From positions 111,230,001-111,294,000 of the forward strand of contig NC_087436.1 in NCBI RefSeq assembly GCF_036321535.1: a stretch of 64,000 nt of DNA, read 5' to 3'. This document shows, one piece after another, positions 54,001-64,000 of the stretch. Position numbers and translations under genes: made by a program. How positions within the stretch are numbered: the first letter of the stretch is position 1; every line of letters starts with the position of its first letter. This DNA is from Camelus dromedarius. Its lineage: Eukaryota. The notes under the pieces are model-generated. The model made no database searches and had not been told where the DNA came from. It worked only from the letters and a program-made list of their open reading frames with translations.

Positions 54001-57000
54001 CAAGTGGTCCAAAATGCACTGGAGGACAGATGAATGGGGTAAGTTTCTACTACCTATAAGGAGCTAAAGGACACTTTATATAGGAGGTGGAATTCCTCAC
54101 ACTTTCCCCTAATTTTCCAAGTAAAATTCATTTAGCTTGATTTATACCATTTCTCTTGCATCTTTTCCTTCCTATTAAATTCTTATGTGCCTTCCTCTAG
54201 TGCCCCACCCGCACCTTATTTTGCTCCTGTTTGCCCTTCTAGTCCTCTGCCTTCTTGTCCCTATTCCCTTCACCAGTGGTTTTGGAGAAGAATGGCACAT
54301 GTCCCTTATCTCCCCTCCCCATCCCACATTCTCTGCTTAACCACATCAGTCTGCTTCTGCCTTCAGCACTGCACCAAGAACTACCAAATACTCCAGCTTT
54401 TTCCCAGCCTGCAGTTAAGAGTCCAAGTCTTTTTTTCTCTTGATAAAAGGTAATATTCATTCCGTAGTTATTGGATATCCAGCATTTCTGTGCACTATCT
54501 GTGCACTGCAGCCATCAGTACAGCCCTACGAGGTGCTGTTGTTAATCCCATTTTACTGCTAAGAAACTGAGTTCTGGACAGACTGAACCATATGGCTCCA
54601 GCTCAGAGTCAGTGAAGCTAGGACTCCAGCTGAGTTTGGTTGCATCTGGAGTCCAAGCTCTTCATCGTTTCTCCTTCACAACACAGGAGATAATAGTATG
54701 TGCTAGGAGAGTAGAAGTGGGCCAGGAATTAGGCTTGTAGCCCTAAGAAACATGGCAGAGAATCAGAATAGCCCTTATGGGAAAGAGGAATGGGAATTAC
54801 TATAAGACAACTCAAGTATATGGTATCAACATGGAGAGCACTGACGAGGTTGGAAATCTTAAGTACCAGTTAGTGATGTCTGAAAAGAGCTGAGGTGGGT
54901 GGGCTGATCTGATGTTGATAATACCAAAGATGTGAGGCTAAAGATGAGGTGGGCAGGGGATTTGAAGATATCAGTAAGAAAGTAGTCAAAATGATTGGTT
55001 GTGGCTGAGAAGGAGGAATGTTAAGATAGAAAGAGACTCTTGGACTAGGAGAAGAAAGAGGGCAAGCTCAGAGAGCAAGTTTGGGAGAGTGAGGAAGTGG
55101 AGAGAGTGAAAAAGAAGAGACTGACTTGAGAGGAGGCAAGATGTCCCCATGGAGTAGTTCTGGGAGCGCCCTGGCCATGGTCACGGTTGTGAACGTGCAC
55201 ACACATCTCCATGTTGTACAGGGAAATGGGTTTGATGCTTCTTAATGTTCTACAAACTCTTAAAGTTAGTTTTATGACACAAAATGGCATCTCTCCCCCC
55301 ATGACACAGAGAGAAGACACCTTTTTAATCTCTTTCCTAAGATTCTCTATTAATTATGAAGACTTGAGTTTTTTAAGGCTGAGCTCTGAAATTTCATTAG
55401 TTACATTAGTAAGCAAAAAGGAGACCTCAAGTTCACCAGCAGGAATGGAAAAAAAGAGTAAAGAAAATTTGATTTAATAACATTGAAGTCAACACATCAA
55501 TAATCTTCCATAGAGAAACTAACTTAATGTCTATCAGCAGGGAACAGAGAAATAAATTAGAGCACATCTGTATGATGTGGCATATGAAGCAGCCAAAAAT
55601 AAAAATGAGGAAATTTGCCATTTATACCTCAGTGAAGCTGAAAAATACGGAAAATTTATTGACTTTTGAAAAAAATTGTACAGAAATGGCATAACCTCCA
55701 AGGTATCTGGGAAATTTTAAAAAGATCATGGTGCAAATGAATGTGTATGTGTATAAAAAATGGTGATGAGTATAATATTATATGCTACATAACATAACAT
55801 ATTTTCCAGGTAATGCACATGACCCTTGGAGTAACCTTCCAGGAAAAGAAAGGAGAGGACGGGTCTGGCAGCCCTGATAAGCCAAAAGTTCTGATAAGCC
55901 AGAGCAGTTTGGGCAGCCTTTGGTGGGGATGGCTTGGGGATTTTAATTGCAAGACACCATGAACAAATGTGTACAAGACAAAGTGCCCCAAGACATTCTG
56001 TGCGCACAGCGTGAGACCCTCTCTGTTACCGCCACCTGGAATCTGATCTTGTGTTCAGTCTAGGGTGTGCCCATGGGGAGTTTTCAGACGTCTCAACTTT
56101 ATACCATGCGCTATGAGACAACACAAAGAAAGTCATGTTGTTCTTGCCGACACAGAGGTTGACACGTAAAAGGGAACTGGTCACCCCCAAGGATGAGGAG
56201 GCAAGGCTCACTTTTTCTGGGAAGTCTTCTTTTCTATTAGACCGTTCCTCTGTGCTTTCCTAGTAATGGATGCCTCTCATGGCACTTTGCACCCTGAAAC
56301 TTACCATGTTCTCGTCTGACTCTCCCACGGAATTCTAATATTTTTGCGGTTGCAACTTCAGTTGTCTCCTGGGCCAGCATGTCCCCTAGTGCCCAGCACA
56401 GAACCTGGCACATCTGAGATACTCAGTAAACGCGTGAATGAGTAGGTGCTCGAGTGGGACAGCGAGGCGCTGTGCGGTGCTGTGCTGAGAGCACGCGCTT
56501 CAGTTAGTCCTGTCTTCTTATCTCTTGTGACTTTGCAGAAGTTGCTTAACTTCTCTGAACCTCAGTTTTTCATACTTAGAATGGGGAGAAAAGTGCCAGT
56601 TTTGCAGGGTTGCCATGAGTTTTCTCTGAGATTATGAGCGTGTGTACAGCACCTAGCCCTGTGCTAGGCATATAGTAAATCCTATAAAATTGGTGTTTAT
56701 TTTTAACACAAATCACAACCAGGGGGTTAGCACGTTCAGCATTCACTTACCCCAGATACTCTGGGGTACTCTTGGATACACGACACTGGAAGCCAGAAAA
56801 ACGACTAGAATCCTGCGCACAGGTCGTGAGACGGAAGAGCTGTGGGCTCAGTGGCTTCGTTTCATTGTGGAGTCTTCTGGGAGGGTGAAGGGACTTCCTC
56901 CCCTTGTCTTTGACATCAGAGAGTGTTGGATTCCTGATTTTCAAAGGAGCACTGTTCTCTCAAGGCTTCACAAGTTGGCAGGCTCATCTCACACCCGTCT

Positions 57001-57327
57001 ACAACTACGTGCTTCCAGACAGAGCTCTTGATTCCTTCACTCAGTCATCCGTTTAAGAAATCTTTAGAGCGTCCACCTTGAGCCAGGCCCTGGAGATGAG
57101 CCATGAGGTACAAAGACCAAGCTCCTCTCTCTCTTGGAGCCTCCATTCCAGTGAGGGAGACGGACAATAGACCAATAGCTCGGGCACACGGAGACAGTGA
57201 AAAATAAGTTCTTAGGCTGCATCCTGGATATACAGTTACTCTTCCTCCAAGCTCTGCAGGCTCTAGGTAAACCATTGTTATTATATGTGTCACCTCTAGT
57301 TGCCTTTCTCAACAGTTATTTTGTAAT

Positions 57328-57352
57328 CACACACACACACACACACACACAC
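57328..57352. repeat. (CA)n microsatellite
   Basis: About 12 CA units. Confidence 0.93.
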
Positions 57353-57809
57353 ATACCAGTTACCCAAAACTTCCTCTCATATAATACTTCTGTATGGCCT
57401 TCTATTTTATAATCACCTAATCCCCCTGATTTTCAACTTTTTTTTAAAGCAATGGAAACCTTTTACATTTTTCTAAACTGTATTAGGGAAGCCCCAGTGT
57501 AAGAACAGGTCTTCTCTGGTCAGAGAGACACCTGCTGTTTCCCCACCAGGCTCCCTGCAGTGGCCCTCAGTCTTACCAAGGGACTCAGGGCTATCAGGGA
57601 TACAGTTTGAAAACCATGGGTGAAGTCTTAATAAGCAGTAGGAAACTGATGATGAAATTACAGTTTAGTTCACTAGACAAGCCTCATGAACAAGGAAAAA
57701 CCAGCACCCCACGAAGGTTTAAAGATCAGTACGTATGGAACTGTGTGGTGGGGACTTTTAAGAAGAATGTTTCTTCTCTTAAATGCCCAGGGGAGCCAGT
57801 GGAGTGCTC

Positions 57810-58870
57810 AGCACTGACTCCTAGTCATCCTGGTCATCTAATACTCCCAGTGAGGGCAACACCCACGTCGGAGCCCACTTGGCCCCTTGATTTCTGAGTC
57901 TCTTGACTTTCTTGCCTCCAGAGATCTTGTCCTCCACTCCGCCTCAGCCACACCCTCCTTTCACCACACCTTTGACCTTGTCATCGCCAAAAACCTGCCT
58001 CTGTCCCCTCCTACCAGCGTATCGACTCCTGAAAACCCCTCAGCTGCCTCGTCCATCTCTCCCTGTGTCATACTCACCAAATCCCACCCTGGCCCATGAT
58101 GACCCACCATCCTTCCTCGCCTTCCCTGGACTCCCTCAGCCAAATGTGGCTGAGGAATATCTCAGACAGAGCAAAGCAGGGAGCTGATTTCATAAAGATG
58201 GCCTTCAGCGCTGCCCCCCAAGCTGGACAGTCCACTTTCCCCTCCCTAAAAGCGAGTTCACACCTTCTCTGTCCTCCAGTTCAGCCCACTGTCAGTTCCT
58301 GACATCACCTCCTGCCTCGCTGAGAAGGGAGAAGCCACTTGTCACCTCTCCAAGGTGACAGCCCCATCGTTCTCCAAAGTCCCACTCACCGGTTCCACCC
58401 AACCCTTTCCTCCTCCTCCCATGAGGACGTGCTCGCAAAACCAACCAACGTGTGCTACCTTCTTGGGGACTCTGGCTTTCACTCTCTGTTCACATTCCTG
58501 GGGCTCCCCCTCCACGTTCTCCATGGGGTCGTTTCCATGGTCGGGCAGATGTGCTGTGGAATCTCAGGCCAGCAACGAAGCTACCCTGATTCTGCGCGCC
58601 CTTCATCTCCAGCTCAGATTCCTTCCTCTGAACAACAGACATTTCCCTGTTTGCCTTGGGGCCGTCTAGAGGCATATCAGATTTGCTTGGTCTAAAACAG
58701 AATTCTTGCTTTTCTTGCCCACTCCTGCTCTGTGCAGTCTTTCTCACTCAGTAAACATCTGCCAGTTGCTCAGGCCAGGAACCTGGGAGTCATTCTCAAT
58801 GCCTCAGCCCCCTGCCATCCTCCTGCCCACCTGTCTTCTCCTGTCCACACAGCCACCACGTGGTCCTGTC
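57810..58870 (+). mobile_element. L2 ORF2-region remnant
   Basis: ORF 57887-58099 contains DLVLHSASATPSFHHTFDLVIA, resembling the L2/CR1 endonuclease-end motif (TH..GHTLDLV). L2-like pyrimidine-rich text follows. Confidence 0.65.
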
Positions 58871-59229
58871 TTGTTCCTGAAGTTTCGGAGAACGGTCCGT
58901 CTTTCACCGTGGAGTGCAACGTGAGCAGTGGGGTTTTCACAGATGGGCTTTATCAGGAGGAGGAGGGTCCCTTCTGTTTCTAGTTTGGTGCGTGTATCTG
59001 TCAGGAAGATGTATTGGATTTTGTCAAGTGTTTTCCTGTGTCTATTGAGACAGTCATGTGGCTTTTGCTGTTCATGTGCTGCATGACATTAACTGATCTT
59101 CAGATACTAAGTCAACTTTGCATTCCTGGCATAAATCCCACTTGGTCAGGGTGTATAATCCTTTTTATGTACTGCTGAGTTCTGTCTTCTAGTGCTTTGT
59201 TGTGTTTTGTTTTCAAGGGGTTCTTTTTG

Positions 59230-60396
<1,167 letters not shown>

Positions 60397-61047
60397 TAGA
60401 GTGAGCATTATTATCACCACTGAGTTCAACTACATTCACTCAGCAAGTATCTGTGGGACACCTACTATGTGCCAGGCCAGGGCTGTGGGCAAGAGCCACC
60501 TAGCTGGACTTGACCGCTGCCCTCAGAGAGCTGTGAGACTTAGAATTTACAAATGAGAGGATAAAACTGAAATTGAGATGCTTAAGGACTGGCCCAGCCG
60601 GGCACATGGCTAAAAGATTTTGAACTCAGGTCATCTGAATTCTAAAGGCCCCACTCACTCCTAAGAACTTGCTCGTCCTAAAATCCTTGGGACTTTGTGG
60701 AAAGCCAGACCGTTGACAAGTCAGTTATGTGAGCTCCGCAGACTCACAGAGCCCATCTCTAAAAGTAGCAGCATCTAATATTCCTCCTACCCCCTGAGCA
60801 TTTTTTCTGCCCCAGATACTTTATCTCATTTAATCCTCTACAGAAAGGTTAAATAACTTGCCCAAGGTCACACAGCCAATCAGAGGATGAGTAGGGATTT
60901 GATGAACCCTGAGACACTGAATTCCAGAGACTAAGGGCATATACTGTGCACTGACCCAGTTTTCAGATCTGATGTAGATTCTGTGTGCATAGGATGTCTC
61001 TCCACAGAACCGTAATCAGAGAAATGAAGCTCTTTCTGTCTGTTTAG

Positions 61048-61194
<147 letters not shown>

Positions 61195-62334
61195 TGAATG
61201 ACTAATCTCCTTACACATCAGAGGTTGGCCACTAGGTTGACGTGGCCCTGCTTGCAGCCTTGAGGCTGCTGAGGGATCAGAATGGAGGGCAGGGCTGTTT
61301 GATCTGCCCCACCTGGTGGCCGAATCCAGTGCCTGCAGGACACAGGTGAGCCAACACCCAGAGCTGCCACAGGCTAGGTATCTAAAAGGCATATTGCAAA
61401 AGGATCTCTGGCCCTCAGATGGCCCCCATCTGGTCCACCAAGGGCCTGAGCTTCTCAGCCCTGGCTTCTCCCCAGACTTAGACAACGCCTTATACTCTAA
61501 CATCATTCACACGGTCGTGTAATTGTGTCTTCCCAGTAATTTTGTCAGTATCCTGTGTTACAGGTGAAAAAAAAATGAGGCTGAGAAAGGTTAGGTGGCT
61601 GACTCAAGGCCAGCCAACTGTCTGGAGGCAGAGCTGGTGTTTGTATCTAAGATTATGTGACTCCAGAGTGCTTTCCACTAAGCTCACACATCAGAAAGTT
61701 CTTGAATACAGAGTACGGGGTGGTCAGTTTGACACCGGGAGATAATACCACAGCACGAAACGGGCTCTGCTTCCAGGGAGCTTGTGGATCAGTGACGTTA
61801 CAGCCCACAGCACACTTTGGTGTCATGGGTACGGCCCAGGACGCAGGGAAGCAAGGTATCTGGGAAAGAATAAATCACCTCTGGCTGGAACGATCTGGAG
61901 GACAAGTTGGAACCAGAGGTTATGGAGAGTCTAGAGCAGTGGTCTCAAAAGTAGGGCATGAGTACTCAGGGAATATGGGGAGAAACTGAGCAGTTCTAGT
62001 TGCATTTATTTTTGTCTTGTACTTTGAATTCCTTTGAATTTAAACTCTTTCAATGTACATATATCCAGGAACACCCTGTGGAAAGCACAATCAAAAAAAT
62101 GTGACCATGACTAGATTAAGAAGGGAAAGCAGGCAACTGTTTGAACTGAAGATGCTACTTGGGCCAATCACCACCTTGACCATGCCTGAGGCCAGAAGGC
62201 CATGGAGCAGGGATTACATAGGGGAGTCGTGGGCAAAACAGCTGAACAGCAGAATGATGACCCGACTGCAGAGGCCTGGGGCAGGAGGCCAAGGCCAAGG
62301 GCATTCCAGATGATGTTGAAACTTGTGCTTGCAG

Positions 62335-62474
62335 ATGACATGAAAACGGAGCAAGTTTCAGAGAGTGAAGCCCTAGGGAAGGAGAATGATTTGGAAGCCC
62401 GCAGTCTTCATCCTCAGCAGGATCAGAACTTTGCCAATGAGTGTCCGTGCACAAAAGGAGGCACATATGCACAG
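62335..62474 (+). CDS. FAM184B: FAM184B coding exon 4 (140 nt, phase 1-0)
   Basis: Acceptor TGTGCTTGCAG|AT. Reads (D)DMKTEQVSESEALGKENDLEARSLHPQQDQNFANECPCTKGGTYAQ. Donor CAG|GTAGTG. Restores the frame after exon 3. Confidence 0.92.
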
Positions 62475-63003
62475 GTAGTGTCTGACGCAGCCCTGGGGGT
62501 GGAGAAGCCACAGGAGGCTCCGCTGGAAGGAGGCCAGTCTACAACCACGACTGGTCCACTTGGAAGCAGCTGGTCCCGTAGTTTCAGGGGTGGATGCGTC
62601 AACAGCCTGCCAACTGTAGTCATTTGAAACTAGGAGACAAACGTAGCAGAATTCTCCCAATTCCTTATCATCGGCTCCTGGGAAACTGGAAACTTGTTTA
62701 GGATTCCTGCTTTATGTTCCCCAGTCAAAACAAAGCATTCTTTATAAACCACCACAGTATGGTCCTGGAGCATCTGATCCTATGACAATAGATACACTCT
62801 TCCAAAAAGCCCTTCTCTAATGGTGGATAAAGTGAAGTCTCTTACAAATATCAAACATGTAGTTTGATAAACTTCATTATACCTTGTGATACATGCTTTA
62901 AAATTAGTGTATCGACATCGTAGAAGTTACACAAAAGAGAAATGGTGACTCCTGGCTCCTCGCCCCACCCGGGTGATTTTACGAGCCCTCTCTCTTTTTA
63001 TAG

Positions 63004-63240
<237 letters not shown>

Positions 63241-64000
63241 TGACTGACATTTGTTTTGCCTTTCCTCTGCCTCCCACCTTTCCTCTTTTGTTTCTTCTTT
63301 CCTGCCTCGTACATTGACCGACCTCCTGCCCTGTACAGATCTCAGCTAGTTCTTTGACCAGAGAGAGTTTAGGGTCTCTTGGAGGAGAGGGGGCAACCCT
63401 CAGCCCAAGACAATAGGGCCTAGAGTCATTAACCTGGAGTAGAATTGTGTCATATGAGCGCTTAACTTAGGGGAATTCAAATCCTCTCCTTGGCAAAAAC
63501 AGAGGGAAATAACATGAAGCAAACCCTCAGGCCTGGCAGACTGCCTGGATTCAAACCCCAGCCCTGCCACCCTCTAGCTTTGTGACCACAGCAAGTTCCG
63601 GAACCTGGGCTCCTCACAGGGAGGCTGCGCGGGCCCCAGCCTCCTCACTTATGAAACAGATGGTGATACTAGCACTTCACAGAGGAGCTGCGAGGATTAA
63701 GCCAGGTGATCCGTGTGAAAAGACAAAGCGTAAGGTAGTGCCTGGGGCAGGACAGACACCATAGCCGCAGGTAATTAATTAATCAGCGGGCGGGCGGTGG
63801 GAGAATAGGTTCTCAGCCTCTGTGTGCTGTTCGACTTCCCACCAAAGAGGGTGCTTTCTGCTGAGAAGAGACGCAAAGCCTCAGCTCTCCTGTTTGCTGA
63901 GGAAAACAGCACAGGTATATGGATGTTTTAGGAAAAGAGTGAAATAAATCACTATTACTGTGAGCATAGGTGGTGCTTTAATTATTACAAGAAGGCCTCT

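Noticed and set aside
62202..62627. 141-aa ORF extending exon 4 on both sides
   Set aside because: Only 62335-62474 fits the phases of exons 3 and 5. Nothing in the sequence supports intron retention.

Overview
Mammalian genomic DNA, probably from a camelid (alpaca, llama or camel). That call rests on five copies of a tRNA-derived SINE matching my recollection of the camelid Vic-1 family. The window holds the 5' part of FAM184B on the + strand: a CpG-island promoter (~4850-6000), coding exon 1 (5697-5843, absent from the ORF track), a 53.7-kb first intron, and coding exons 2-5. The exons splice GT-AG in frame into 461 codons of coiled-coil protein, and the gene runs past the window end. A likely poly(A) site of an upstream gene lies near base 334. 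Most of the rest is transposon remnants (L1, L2, MIR, MaLR/ERVL/ERV1 LTRs, hAT MER elements, SINEs). Family names are recalled by eye, and boundaries are approximate unless target-site duplications (TSDs) are given. I found no multi-gene novel system. The best leads are: (1) a SINE-head/L1-tail chimera inside one 17-bp TSD pair (15608-15822); (2) an 86-nt exon-like segment with strong splice sites inside a CpG-retaining, palindrome-rich patch of intron 1 (46250-46900); (3) four SINEs in alternating orientation that could form dsRNA; (4) a twin-primed inverted L1.
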